From contig BCIN01000003.1 of assembly GCA_039545335.1 (NCBI GenBank), positions 62,001 to 126,000 of the forward strand: DNA of 64,000 nucleotides. The letters run 5' to 3'. The stretch is from Kondoa subrosea. Taxonomy: Eukaryota. The notes beneath the pieces were generated by a model. The model was not told where the DNA came from. It ran no database searches and worked only from the letters and a program-made list of their open reading frames with translations. The first letter of the stretch is position 1. Each line of letters begins with the position of its first letter. The translations under genes and the position numbers were made by a program. Of the stretch, positions 11,399 to 25,151 are shown one piece after another.

Positions 11399-13104
11399 CT
11401 ACCATAGCATTGCTGCTCCCACCACTACCAAAGCACTTGCGAAACCAATAACAGCAGTCTTCATTTCTCCACTAGTCGAAGTGTTGACGGTAGGTTTGGG
11501 ACTTGCAGCAGTTGTCGAGACTACATTGATTTTAGCACTTGATACCATTGCAGAGCCTAAAGGCAACGAGGTCATGGAAGAAGACGATGATGAAAGACTT
11601 GAGCTGGAAAGCATCGGCATCGAGCTGCTGGATGACATGGAGGAACTTGCAGATGACGAAGAGGAAGAACTTGATGCAGAAGTAGGTGGTTGAGGGGGAA
11701 CGATAGTCTGTTCTAGGTTGCGAATAGTTGTGCATTGAGAAGTCGCTCCAGCTTTGTGAGCTGCGGGCGTTGAAGGTTCGCCTTGGTAAAACGTGCTTGT
11801 TCCATATACACCCACTGTATGGATGGATCAGTACAGCCCTCGTCTGCGAGTTGCAATCTCACTTGGTTCGGTTGAGTCACCCAGACAGGTGTCGAAGGAA
11901 CCACTATCGTAGTTACCTGGCATGTTCCAAGCACAGCCCTGTCAGCAATCTTTAGCGGCATCTAATTAGTTGCTGATGTGTCTGACCATAGTATCGCTGC
12001 ATATGCATGTCAGCGAAAACTTAAATCGCAAGAAGTCAGTACACACTAGATATGTTGACAATAACCAGGTGCGTTTGGTCCAGAAGGGTTGCATACACGG
12101 ATGCAGAACTCGTTTGCGGACATCTATGGAACATATCAGATGAGTTAGCATGACAAGCAGGACAAGGCAAACGAAGTTTGTCCATTCATGAATCTGTTGC
12201 CTCTTGCCGCCGAAAGCATCTGAGAAGACCAGGCCCCTACGAAAACCTTAAGCTCTGTGTGGACTCGACGACACATTGATCTTACCCGATAGGATTGCCG
12301 TTTCTTTTGATACAGTCAGCCTTCTGACGCTCTCTTTCAAAAGAACCAACGCTCACCCTGTAGCTCCGTGAGGGTCAAGTTCACCTACAGAGGGGAAAAG
12401 AGTCAGCGAGAGTCAAGAGGACTTAGCGAGAGCTCACCTCCTTCGTCGCCGCGCTTGATGTTCATCTTTGTGAAATCTCCCACACCACTGATTTGCAAGT
12501 AGTCAGGAGTTTGCACGACGTGAACGCCTACATAGACCATAAGCTATCGGTAGACCATCACTCGCTGAGCCTGCCTGACCTTTCAAGGTGCCTTCTGGGA
12601 TAGTTCGAGCGCCATTTCCACCATTCAAGCACCAGGCAACTTCGACTTCTTCGGTAGCACCAACTTCGGAATTCGGTTCAGGAGGACTCCACAAGCAAAA
12701 ACTTAGACCGCAGGTATGAGCGAAAAAGCAAATTACTCCGGTAGGGACTTTCGACATACTCATTAATGTTATTGCTGAAACATATAGGGGTGAATTTCTG
12801 ATAAGTCAATGAGGATAGCGTATCGCTCACACTAGAAGAGTCTGGCAAGTAGCTGCGTGTATCTGTCAGACCCTAGAGCGAATGTGGTAAATGAAGGAGA
12901 ACTCACAATCCTGCGAATTGTTTGTTCCGCAATTGTTATGTCCAGTTTGTCTGATCATACGGATCAGATGGACTGTAGATAGCATACCGACAGCGCATAC
13001 CCTTGTTCTGTTGTATCAGGTTGCTTGTTGTAATCATAGTAAGCTGAATATTGGCTTGCAACAAAAGCAGGTAGAAGTAAAGCGAGAGCAGTGAAACGAG
13101 TCAT
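11399..13104 (-). CDS. GPI-anchored mannoprotein of the Cryptococcus MP88 / macrophage-activating glycoprotein family
   Basis: Signal peptide MTRFTALALLLPAFVAS. Motifs FCLWSPP, EVAWC, GARTIPEGT, GGELDPHGATGNGNPIGG, CQHIYDTMGC. Poly-Ser stalk and hydrophobic C-terminal GPI signal. Confidence 0.85.
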
Positions 13105-13273
13105 TGTAAAAGGAGTGTGTGGGTATTGAAAGAGAGTGTGTGCAGTTGAAGCTGAAGAGATGCGAGAAAGAAGGGGTTAAAGAGAAAGCAAAGGAAGACT
13201 AGGCCGTGGAGACCGGCCTTCAGATAAACATTCGAACGGTTTATTTATAGTTCGTTACTGTACGCGACCCACG

Positions 13274-16200
13274 CTACACCAAGCGAGAATCAATAGGATC
13301 CACTAGGACTGTAGTTCTTGTTGAGCACCAGAAACATGTATTACTTGAACGCGACTTACACATTTTCACAGAACCCCTTTGAGTGTTCTTGTCTTTCTCG
13401 ACAGTGATCTCAACAGTGACCTTGTCAAAGACTCCAATCTTGACACATTCGCCTTCTGGTTCTGCTGGATTGACGGGGACCAGAACTTGATATGTTTCAG
13501 GTTCATATCGATTCTCGCGCTTGAAAGTGATTAATCCTTCCAGACCAAGACTGCGCATCCGTCAGTCTAAATACTCGGAAGGTATGCAGGATACCTACCT
13601 TGACACAAAGACTGCCAAACCATTTCGGAAAGCACGAATCACATATGCTTCTTCTCTCACTTTGCCTCCTGCTCGCTCTTCCTTTGCTTTCAATGCTAAA
13701 GCCACATAGAACTCTACACTAGCTCTTCCAGCTTGTTGAGCGGATCTGTGTCTTTTGTTGATGTTGACCATAATCTTATCAACGAACGCTCGAGAATGCA
13801 AAGCAGAGTTGAGCGGCTTGTTTGAAATGGCAGCGGATAGTTCTCGATGCGCTAGAACGTCGGCATATCGACGAATAGGTGAAGTGAAGTGAGTATAAAT
13901 AGGAGAAGCGAGACCATAGTGACCAAAAGTATCGCGAGCTGCACTTCCAGAACAGAAGTATTCAGCTGATAACATGCATCGGGTAGCCATGATTCGAACA
14001 AGAGTGTTGAAAGTTGGTAGATTTGGGTCCTAGGATATATTAGGTAAATGTTGGGGGCGATTTACCGCAGACTCACAATGCACTGATCGAGCGATTCCGC
14101 CAATGCTTTCGAACTTGAAGTATCAAGATCCATGCCTCTGCGCTTCTGCAAGACGTCTTTCAGTACTTCGAAATTAGTAGGCGGTGGAGCTAAATGTCGA
14201 CGCAAGACTGCTGTTTGAGGGAATTGATCATAGATTCGTTGGGCCACACTGATATTAGCCAGCAACATGAATTCTTCGACTAAACTATTTGTTTCGAGCA
14301 GCTTCTTCTGTTCAACATCGATCGGCCCTGATGTTTCGGGACTTTCGAGGTGGATCTTGACTTCCGGTGAAGCGAGATTCAGAGCACCGGCTTCCATACG
14401 TTTTGCACGCAGCTTGATGGCTACTGTGTTGAGCAATCGGATGCCTACAGTGAGTTCGTCTTGCATGCTCCTGCAGGGCAAGTCAGTTCGAGGCCTTTCA
14501 CGAGCGAACAGAAACACATACATATCGTCTTTTCGTATCTGCGCTTCTTCATACGAGAAGGCAGCTTTCGAAGCGATGACAGACTTCGTGAAGCGAACGT
14601 TAACGATATCGCCTTCTTCAGTCAATTCCTGCTCAAGCATTAGCAATATGCGAAAAGATGAACGAGACACACACCCAGAAGACAGAGAAAGCTAATCTTT
14701 CGACATATGGTCGCAAAGAGCACAAATTGGTGCCAAGAAGAGGTGGCAGCATATCGATACGTTTGTCGACAAGGTAGACTGTTGTTCCTCTTGAAGCAGC
14801 TTCGGCGTCCATAGGGTTGTCAGGAAGTACGAAATGTGAAACATCAGCAATATCTGCGCATTCCATATCTGTTCTGAGCTGCGTTTGACAGCTAAGCAGA
14901 AGAACTTCACGCACGAACACCTGCTTCAATATTTCCATTTGGCAATCGTCTGGCGTGTAGAGCATCATCAATATCCTGACAGCCTATCCTTACTGATCAG
15001 TCTGAATCCTGTACCGTGAAGAACGACTTACCAATGGGATCAATACTGCAAATGATCAAATCCCTAAGATCTTCGCGTCCGTTCCAAACTTTACTTGTCT
15101 TCTCGGGAACTTTCCAACTCTCCCCTTCTTCAGGTAAACAATCGAGAATCGCTCTTGAAAAGGGTCGATACGGTACATCCCATTCTAGAAGCAAACTTTC
15201 AATCTCCGCTTCTTTGCTTTCTACTGTTCCCAATGCTCGAACGAAGTGACCTTCTGGATATCGAGAGGTGACATCCCATCGATCTATGGACACAAGGAAT
15301 TTCTGATTGGCCAGAGTAGGCGTTTGACGAGTTCTGATCCTGATCTTGGGAATCTTGCGATCAAGGGGCGTAGCGAAAACGTTCTGAGGTGCGACTGAAT
15401 CAAGAGCTGATGGACCTAATGATGCTCGATCCAGATGACAAACATAACTGTTCACAGTCTTGCACTATTAGCTTACACCTAGCAGTGTCGCGAATTTGCA
15501 AACCTTCTCCAAGCTCTTCGGATGACGCCAACTACTTTGCCAGTTGGCTGAGCTTCTGCTTTGACAGTTCTTGCTTTCGCAGCAGCTTCTTTCTCTTCTC
15601 TTCTTGCCAACCTTTCTTCCGCGTCGAGTTCTTCTTGATCACCTTCTTCATCTTCATTATCCGGACTATCATTTTTCAACGTAGCTGTACGTTCAGTCAA
15701 ATCCTCTTATCAGACAAAAATCTGAAAAGAATGCGATCTGAACGCACCTTCCGAATCTAATACTTCATCCGCTGGAGCTTTCCATTCCGATTCCGGAAAG
15801 ACTTCTACAACGACCGTATCTCCCGAAACTGATCGATTGATATGTTCTCTTCCAACTAACAAGACAGGTTTCGAATACCCTTGAACAGGTACAGAACCTT
15901 CCAGATAATTGTAAGGGTTAGGTTGGAAATGACCTTGATGGAGTTGTTGAGCTTTAACGCCTGCCAAGAGTGTAGCAGAAGGTAAGTACTATTTTCCTGT
16001 AAGTCAGCTAATCCCAGAAATATAAGGGAAACAATGGCTCACTTCTGGGTAATAAACATTTTTCTTTTGTTTCTTGGCTGTTGTTTCCAAATCTTCACCA
16101 GCTTCATTCGGAGAAGCGACTAGATCAGAAAGATTCTGCGCTTTTTCAGCAGGCATAGAAGCGATGTATGACCGGACTAAATAGGCCAAGATCAGCAACC

Positions 16201-17125
16201 AATGCAGAAACACAGATCGGCAGCAGAATGACCTGAAGCTGCCAATAAACCTTCAGCTTTTGCTTTCCTCAAATTGTCTGCATCATCTGTAACTAGAATG
16301 ACGGAAAGAGGCATGCGAGGTTCTGAAGACTTGTTCGACCTTTTATAACCCGATTGACCGATTAGAGCTTCTTTGATATGAGCAGAGTACCATTTCGTTG
16401 CTTGGCGAATTGCTACAAGCTTATCAGACACATAAGATTTGCGCAGTACGAGAAGCGACTGACCTCTGTCATTTCGATCATTAGGTGTTTCACCATCTTG
16501 CCGAGCAGCGAAAGTGTCCCATCTGGCTTCATTCGAGAAAACGTAACATCTTCTAGCTTCATCTCCAATAAGTACATTCAATCGGTTGTACAGAGGTAGA
16601 GATCGATGTCGAACTTCGTCCAGCACAGTTTGAAGAATGATGATATCAGCACCAAAGTCTGCAGCTTCCAAGAGATCCATCTAAAGTACAGCGCATTCAA
16701 CAACCAAGATTCCAACTTTCGCGCGAGTAATCGCAAAGGAAACACACTTGATGTAAGACGACATTCGTATCGAGCAACAAGTAATGTCTTGAGCTTAGAT
16801 CTCCAGCTAACGGTTCTCTCCCCTTGCGACTCAAGACAGGCCCGTTCGCTCTCTTTGCTTTTTTGCTTCTGACGCTGGTATCAAGATCTGCATCACCATT
16901 GACAGCCAAAGTAGGAGGTTGACTAGATTCGTAGAGATCGATACATTGATCGCAATAGAAGGAACCACAGGGTATATCAGGTCTCAGGTAATGCTCTCTT
17001 TGGATTTTCGTGACTTTGCCTTTAGCGGATTTGCGCAGAAAGGACTTTGTTGTTTGGTGAACTGCTTGATTGCCTGTGCCATCTACAGCTGACAGAGGTC
17101 GCTTGCGTAGCAGAGTGATGGACAT
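13274..17125 (-). CDS. DIS3: Exosome catalytic subunit Dis3/Rrp44 (PIN + RNB + S1)
   Basis: [34 protein letters not shown] site [28 protein letters not shown]. Confidence 0.97.
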
Positions 17126-17284
17126 GGCCAGTCGTCGTCGAATATGACAAGCTTGCTTCCTTCTTTCAACAGCGAAGAACAGAACGAATATACCCAGAGT
17201 ACAGAGGGAGTATAGGCCGGTGATACCAGTGACTGCGTGATACTTGCCTCTGAACGATACCACAAGTTCACCATTTGAATTGTT

Positions 17285-19938
17285 ATGGTGCAAGCTATTC
17301 GACGCGATGCTCTGTCCATGCGCGACAAGCTGTTGGCTCACAGAAAGCAGCAAAGTTGGTCTTCAACTCTCTCATCTACAGAGGACTCGTCTCATTTCCA
17401 TTTGCTACAGACAAAGAACGCATTACCGAAATTGAGCTTCTACGAGACATGCTTTATATTCTGCAAGGCATAGATGGCAAACACGTTCAATTCTCTTCCT
17501 ACGTACCTACTAGAAGTACCGTAGCTCCTTTGGAAGGTAGCATCAAGATCACGGCCGATTTAGTTGGTTCGCAAGATACATCTCTCAATCATGTTCTGAT
17601 GAACAAGATTATACAGGAAAGCGTACCTCAACCTACTAGAGATCTGTTACATCGAATAGCAGAACTAGGTTGGCTCTTTAGGAAAATAGATACAATTATT
17701 ACTTCACCTGTTTTGGATAAAGGCATGATTGTGCAATCCCTCTACTACGCATTGCAACAAGAGTTGAAGGAGTACTACAAACTTATTGCTGTATTGGAAC
17801 AACAAATGAGTAAAGAAGCTTTGACGGGTGAAGAAAAGGAATTGGTTGATGTAACGAAAGAGCAAGAATTAAGCGAAATCACCGGACTAACGCTCAAGAG
17901 ACTGGTCGTTTGGACAGAAGATATGAGACTGAGAATGCGCATGATGGGAGTACTAGTCGAAGGATGTGAACGTCAGTCTGGCTGTCACATTTGCAGATTT
18001 TTGCATTGGTGTTCATCAGTTCCTGACAGGCGAAAGAGGCGGCGCTTTGGTCTCTCTCATTCATTCGTATACTTCTCATGGCGATCCTTTCATTAGAACA
18101 TTTACAGATCAGCTGCTCGAATCCGTGTCGAAACCTTTCTTCGCTGCTTTAGCTAAATGGATCTATCAAGGAGAATTACATGATCCTTTCGATGAATTCT
18201 TTGTTCAACTCAATCCAGAAATGATCAATCATCACTCAAATGCTAGAAATTCACCTTGGCTAACTGAAGGTGCTGGAGAACTGGAAATCGGCATGTCTTC
18301 CGACGTAGAACCTATAGATGGACATGAAGTTTGGCAAAAGAAGTTTGTCTTTAGGCAAGAGATGTTGCCTAAATTCGTCAACGATTCTTTTGGGAAAAAG
18401 ATCTTTTCGACTGGTAAATCGCTCAATTTTATAAAATACAGCTGTCAAGATGGCGAATGGGTTTCTGCACATGACAAGAATACTAGCAGTACAAAGAGTA
18501 CTTACTCCCTTTCCCGTTGTCGGTCTCTGCTGACATTTTGAACAGCATTGATGTACAGCGATATTGCCGGACTCGAGCACTCAATTGACTCAGCCTACTC
18601 ACTCGCATCTCAACGTCTGTATGATGTTTTCCTAGACAAATTCCGTCTTCTACTTCACCTTCGCGCACTTAAAGACTACCTTATGCTCGGTCGAGGGGAT
18701 TTCGTTGAATTGCTCATGGAATCGCTTGCACCATCTTTATCCCGACCTGCCAATACTCTTTTTCGCCATAATCTTACAGCAACACTCGAGACTGCTATTC
18801 GAGGCTCTTCATCAGCTACTGATCATCCTGATGTTCTAAGGCGATTAGATGCGAGAATGATGGAATATTCAGGTAGTGAAATTGGTTGGGAGTGTTTTGC
18901 TTTGGATTACAAAGTTGACGCTCCTGTGGATACGGTGTTGGATCCTCAAGCTATGGCTCAATATATGAGAATGTTCAACCAATTGTGGAGGATCAAAAGA
19001 GTTGAAGTCGCTGTTGATGGTGCTTGGCGAAGAGTCATGACCGGAGCTAGAAGCTATATCAAAGACTCAGGTCAGATGAAATGCTTCCTTGTGTCTGCTG
19101 CAGCTGAGGATAATTCGCAGATTTACAAGCCGACTTTCACAAAACTCGAATCGCTCTATCGGAAATGATTCACTTCGTCCGCCAATTGCAATATTTCTGT
19201 CATCTAGACATCATTGAATGCTCGTGGCAAGCTTTCGAGCAGTTTATAGCAAAGAAGGAAGGAGATCTAGATGGATTGGTTGAAGCCCATCGGACCTACT
19301 TAGATCGGCTCATACTTAAGGCATTACTTCTCACGCCGCATAGACAAGGCAAAGAGGTTCGTGCTCATTCTTCACCCAAGCGTTAATTGTCTAAGCTGTT
19401 TATAGGACTCGCTTTTGAAACACGTCAGAGAAGCCTTTGAGCTTGTTTTAACGTATTGCGATATAGTGGTCAGTGGTTATACTACAATATGACTAATTCT
19501 GATCATCTTGTAGGATTCGCTATGCAATTTTGCACTAGCTGAAGCGAATCGGAATGAAAGTGCTCGCGATGTGGCCAGAGTTCGTTGGCTTGAATGGGCT
19601 GCTAGTCTTTGCTGACCAATCATCCAGGGATTACCGGTCACAATACTTCCGCCTGCGGATCCAGAAACTTTCCCGCATCTCAGGAGACGATTGGCAAAAT
19701 ATGCAGCTGCTTTCCAAGAACTAATGGTCGTCATTATAACAAACCTTGCTGTGCATTCTGATTTGGTGAGTTAAACATCGAAATCTGATGAGTCAATGCG
19801 CTAAGCGATCATGACAGGACGTCCGCTTCCTGTCGGTTCGATTGAATTTCTCGCTATCTTATCAATTGTAAGTCGTTCATCGATCATCTGCACCTCATGG
19901 CTAAAGAAGGCTACAGGACAAAGAAATCAAAGAAGTAG
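17285..19938 (+). CDS. SPC98: Gamma-tubulin complex component 3 (Spc98/GCP3)
   Basis: LLRDMLYILQGIDG, IAELGWL, HGDPFIR, KIFSTGKSLNFI, YLMLGRGDF, RPANTLFRHNLTATLETAIRGS, RFLSVRLNFS. Confidence 0.95.
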
Positions 19939-20018
19939 AACGCAAAGATTGTAGAGGGTTCCTGATGTACATGTAACATTTTTGGGTGTCAAATAGTTTA
20001 GATTGTATGTATATTACA

Positions 20019-22215
20019 TTACGCTTTCTTTGCCGCCGGCGGAAGAGCTTCTTCTTCTACTGTACTCGAAGCTCTAGCTTCTATGACTTTTGACCAAAAC
20101 TCTACCTGCTCTTGTCTAAATCCCTTCAAGCTTTCTACAACAGCTTCCCCGCCAGATCTGAAGACCAATGCTTGCTGAGATTGCTGATCATATCGAGGCC
20201 AATCTGTAACGTTGCCATCTTTTGCAAAGCTCAAGAATCGCTCTCCAATGGCAGCCGAGGTCTTTGCATCACTCGAATCTGCTTTCCATAAAGATTTCAT
20301 GTTGAAAGTAAAGCTGAGATCAACACTGTGCATAACGCCGCAAGCTCCAGCAACTTCATGATTAGCGAAGACCTCGGCTGCAACGCTGTAGTGAGATGAA
20401 GCATTTAGTCTGATACAATTTGAGCACTTACGAGCGACTTCAAGCTTGTAAGCTCTGACAGGTATGGTCTTGCCTGTTTTTGCATTGGGAATAGTATTCA
20501 GTGATTTAGCTGTATGGAGGAAGGGCACAATGAAGATGCTATCCGCTATTGGAGAATGAGTCAGGTTGTGACATGATGTCTCAGGTCGTACCGAATAGGT
20601 GAGATCCAGCACAGTCTACCAACTTGTCGTCTGAAGATGCCTGTGAGATGTTGTATAGCTTCTCCAGTGTGCTATGCCACTCGCTAGGATAGCGTTGAAC
20701 GGAAGCTAAGAGAATAAGTCAGCCTTATCAGGCCATGATGCTGATGGAGCACCTTTGAGCTTCTCTGGATCCTGAGTACCAAGCGCCAAACTGAACATGG
20801 TTCCTGGCAATCTGTCAAGTCTGTCCGGTCAACAAATAACATAAAGAACTCTCACCTTCATCCTGGTTGATGCCCAGGATGACCTCTTCGATCCAAGGAT
20901 CATATTGTCCGTTCATTAATGAATGCACGGGGGAATGTCTCCAAATAGCGTTTGGTCCCTTTTCATTGACGAGACCCCAAGTTCCTAGAGTGAAATACCG
21001 CTGACCGCTTGCTAGCAAATCATCCGCTGGGATCTCCCTCAGAGCCGCTGTTTTGGAAGGGTTTTTGAGACCTTAAGAGGAAAGCAAAAACGGGTGGAAT
21101 TCACCTAATCTTGCTTCTGGGGTTGACTCGTCGATACCGTATTCTTTCAATAAATCGTCATACCACAAACAAGTTTTACCTAGAAGAACGATTAATGCTA
21201 CCCTTAACTTGGCGTATAAAGCGTGAACTTACCCAAATGAGAAGTGCCAATGGTAGAAGGCGCGCCAGAGATCAAGATAGCCCTCTGGAAGAGCTTCTGA
21301 CCAGAATGTAGCAGAACAGATGCAAGCCATGCGCCTGCTGATTCACCAAAGACGGTAACGTTATTTGCATCCCCTCCAAAAGCGGAACTGCAGTTGAGAT
21401 TGCACATGTCAATCGTACGGAAGAGGATCTAGGCGATGTCTGGATGACTAACATATTGCGCTGTACCTTTAGACACTTGTTAGTTTTGTATAAAGGAGCT
21501 ACTTCATCGGATTACATACCCATTGTAGAGCGCAAAGGCAGTCTCGGACACCATAATTCCCAGCCAGACCGTCAGCTTCTTTCAGATCAGGATGTGCAAG
21601 AAAGCCGAATATATCTGTTTCCCATAGCATTAGTCATCTTCAAGGCGAGGAAGAGACAAATGATTGACTTGTTCTGTAATCGAAAGTCACAATAATGCAA
21701 CCCTCATCTGGGTTTTCTTGCTGATGTCTTCTGAGCAGTTCCGTAGGGTCATACAGGTGTCTTGTTGCAGAACCATTATTCAGAGAACCTCCATATATCC
21801 AAACCAAGACTCTTTTCGCTGGTTTATCGTCCGATGTAGAGAAGACATTGATATTGAAAGAATCTTCAGAGTTCTCTACGTCTCGAATATACCACCCTTT
21901 AATGTTCTGCATTCGTTCTTCAGTTATACTTCTAGCTTGATGAAACTTTGAACGGAAGCGGTTGCATGTGAGAGGCTCAGACCAAGGTTCAGCAGGTCTC
22001 TTTTATGCATATGAGCGCTAGTCCCAGAGGACTCAGTAGAGAGCACCGACAGAATGCTCCCATCGTTTCGCTTGACCGTAAGGTATAGAAAGCCATGATT
22101 TTATCGGACCTTCACTGCCAGCTGTATCAGGATGATCCACACCTTTGAAGGTTTGAGTGTTCAGGAAGCCAACGATTGGACCAGAATCAATTTGCAGAGG
22201 CTCAAGAGCAGTCAT
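20019..22215 (-). CDS. Type-B carboxylesterase (alpha/beta hydrolase)
   Basis: WLSIPY, SEDSFNINVF, VWIYGGSLNNG, FGESAGA nucleophile elbow, NQDEG (Glu) and GVMHSVDL (His). Confidence 0.92.
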
Positions 22216-22496
22216 GATGCTTGTACTGATGAGGGAAGTGGAAGTAGAGCAAAGACTAGATTCGAGAACCTGAAATAGCAACTTGATGACAGAAGAATCG
22301 CGAGCTGAGCAATTGGCGGACGTAATAAGAGAAGTAGCTGGAACTTGGACCAGTCCTCAAGGCGAATCACACAGCGTCAGACAGTAGTGCTCGTAGCGGG
22401 ATAAACATCGCACGTAAGATGTTGATTTCGCAGAGGCTTGTCCTGCATCAGCCTACTCATGCTGACTACAGGTCGGCTACAGGAGTGCGTGATACC

Positions 22497-24719
22497 ATGA
22501 ACAGTGCTCAGCGACTGCGGCCTGTCTCCACTAGCAATGCTTCGTCTCCTCCTCGAACTTCAAACTTACCAGTCCGACGTAATACTGGGCAAGGGCATTG
22601 GGATCCCTTTGCACCAAGAGCGAACACTTCAAGCAGGACTAGCGGTCTGGCTACTTCTTTTCTCAATCTTGGAGTGACAAGACCTTCGAGCAGCACACCG
22701 AGACCTTGGACTTCTGCTTCACAATGGACGAATCATGAAGGTCCCTCTGAATGGTCCTTCTTTGGCTTCTCTGCTACACTTTCGGGATTGCATGTATTGT
22801 GCGATGAAATAGAGCATGGACCTGGACCTCGATCACCTACTATTGACATAACAAGAAGTACATCAGCGAATGGTACCGTCGAAGTAGCCAGTTACACCTT
22901 TGCGAGCGAGAGGTGGAAGTGCGATATTCTCAAGCCTCCACCTAACGTTTGGGCTTCAAGCGATACTTCACAATTAGCTGATCCACTGTTGGCACCGCAA
23001 AGCCTAGCTGCGAAGCACTTGAGCTTGTATCTGACTTGTCGTGAGTATTTGCTTTTTTGCAATATACTCAAGCTGATTCTTGTGTTAGATATGCTTGATG
23101 CAGACTTTCCTGGTCAAGATGTGTAAGCTTTATCCATTCAGTCAGTCTGGCTCGGCACTCAATCTTGGTTCCCTGGTAGTTCCATTCCAGCTACGATTCA
23201 TGTCTCTTTATGGGATTCAAAGCAAGCTAGCGCAACACCAATTTGGGAACTTTATCACTCGCATACATTTGGCGAACAAGCAGAACATTTTGAATATCAT
23301 TCTTTTCCTTCCCTTACCACTCTCTTAGCCAACTCTCGAATACAACAAACAGATTCCGTCATTCTTTCCGTTCAAATCCAGTCCCCCTCTACTGCTCGCC
23401 TTACTTCTCAATTATCTTTACCTCAATTTCCTTCTGCTCGATTGGCGCCTAAATCATTGCTCAATGGCTTGTTAGACATGTTTGATTGTCCTCATACCTC
23501 AGATGTCGAACTAACAGTCTTTGAACGCTTTCGACCCGAGAATCAAACAATGGGAGAAAGGGATCTAGGCGCAGAACCGGTTGAACAGGAGCAAGAACCT
23601 TTATATCGACGGCGGACCTTTTATGCTCATTCAGCAATACTGAAAGCGAGAAGTAGCTATTTCGAAGCCATGTTAAGTGATGACGCTAGTTGGCATGAAA
23701 GCGCTCAGGAGGTAGGTCATCTTGTTCAACCTGCACTGTGTTCTGTACTGAAGCAGGTCATGGTGACAGGTCAATGGTCGGAAGATGTTTCGAGTGACGT
23801 TGGATTTTGAATTCGTTGCTGTGTATTGGCTATTGAGATACCTATACAGTGATCAAAGTGAGTAATAGTGTTTGACAATGATCGAACATGACTGACCAAT
23901 ATCTTCGCACAAGTCATTTTCGATGAAAGTGACATCACCCGTAATCTACCTCAAGACGAACCCGCTTCCATTTCAACCGCAGATCTGACGTCCTCCTGGC
24001 AATCTCTTGCTCAGATAGAAGCTTCCGCACACAGAGCAGAGTCGCCTAATAGTTCACGCTCTTTTGCGCAGTCTGATCGTCGAACGGTGTCGGAATCATC
24101 TGCTCACTCAAGAAACTCTTTCAGTCGTCGATCAGCACCGGATGTACGAGCAAGTGGACAAACTTCAGACAGGACTACCCCTCAAACCCGTCAAGTCTTT
24201 GTTTCCATTCCCACTTCGCCCAATCAGCAGAAGTCATCTCAACAGAATGCCCAACAAGAGGAGACTCATTCTCATCCAATGCAAATTGATCTACCAGGTG
24301 CGTTTGACAAGCTTTCTCGATCTTGTTGCTTGCTAAACGTGTACGCCAGCCTCGGCTATCGCAATTTATCAAATTGCCCACGCTTATCACCTTACTTCTC
24401 TCACTCAATTAGCATTAGACCACATCATCGAGAACTTGACTCCAAACACTGCTTTCCCTCTTCTACTCTGGACTTATCTTTACTCTGATCTGCACAACGC
24501 TATCAAAGTTTACGCTTATCGGAATTGGTATGCGATAGTCAACAATTCGGATAGCTACAAGAGATGCATGAACGAGATAGCGGCTGGAATGTGGCCTTCG
24601 AGCGGAGAAGTACATTTTCGTGTTAACCTCTTCTTAAGTAATACAGCCTGATCATCTGTTTTGATTAGGTTCTCTTCGATATTACGAGGTCTTTGACACC
24701 TACTGTTGGTAGTATGTAA
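22497..24719 (+). CDS. MATH-like plus BTB/POZ domain protein (putative Cullin-3 adaptor)
   Basis: HLSLYL segment, SDVELTV...FYAHSAILKARSSYFEAM, YWLLRYLYSD, AIYQIAHAYHL. Spliced stop at 24717-24719. Confidence 0.8.
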
Positions 24720-25151
24720 GCTCTTTGAAAAAGAGCGTTGTCTATTATGTAATCAAGCTTTTTGGCTTGCTGTACTTTTTATCGTTTGTCTGTCCTATTA
24801 GGAAGTCTGTCCTACTGATGTGAGGCTTTAGGTGTATTACTGTCATTGTATCATTACTCCGCATGTAAAAGCATATCCGGTTTCATCTTCATGAAGTTGG
24901 CAACATTTCATTCAGCCCGACTTGCCAGAGTTGGTTACAGTGCCTCAGCTGTATCGTTTCAACGCGTTTTTCTACCTCGCGAAGCTCTTGATCTGTGTAA
25001 AACACGTTGAATTCAGGTCGAGGCACGATCAATGATTTGCGCCGATCAAGCGGTGGGCTCCAGATATCCACTCCGTCATCTCCGAAAAGGATATTTTTAT
25101 GCTTAAAACTCTTTCTATCCTCTTCTTTCAACGCTCTTACGTTTCATCAAC

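Noticed and set aside
1743..13104. Cell-wall gene cluster (sensor, chitin synthase, mannoprotein)
   Set aside because: Interrupted by unrelated genes and no shared regulatory element seen. Co-location may be chance.
17125..17353. In-frame upstream extension of DIS3 in the ORF track
   Set aside because: Begins at a non-ATG codon, overlaps the SPC98 start, and conserved Dis3 sequence begins after ATG 17125.
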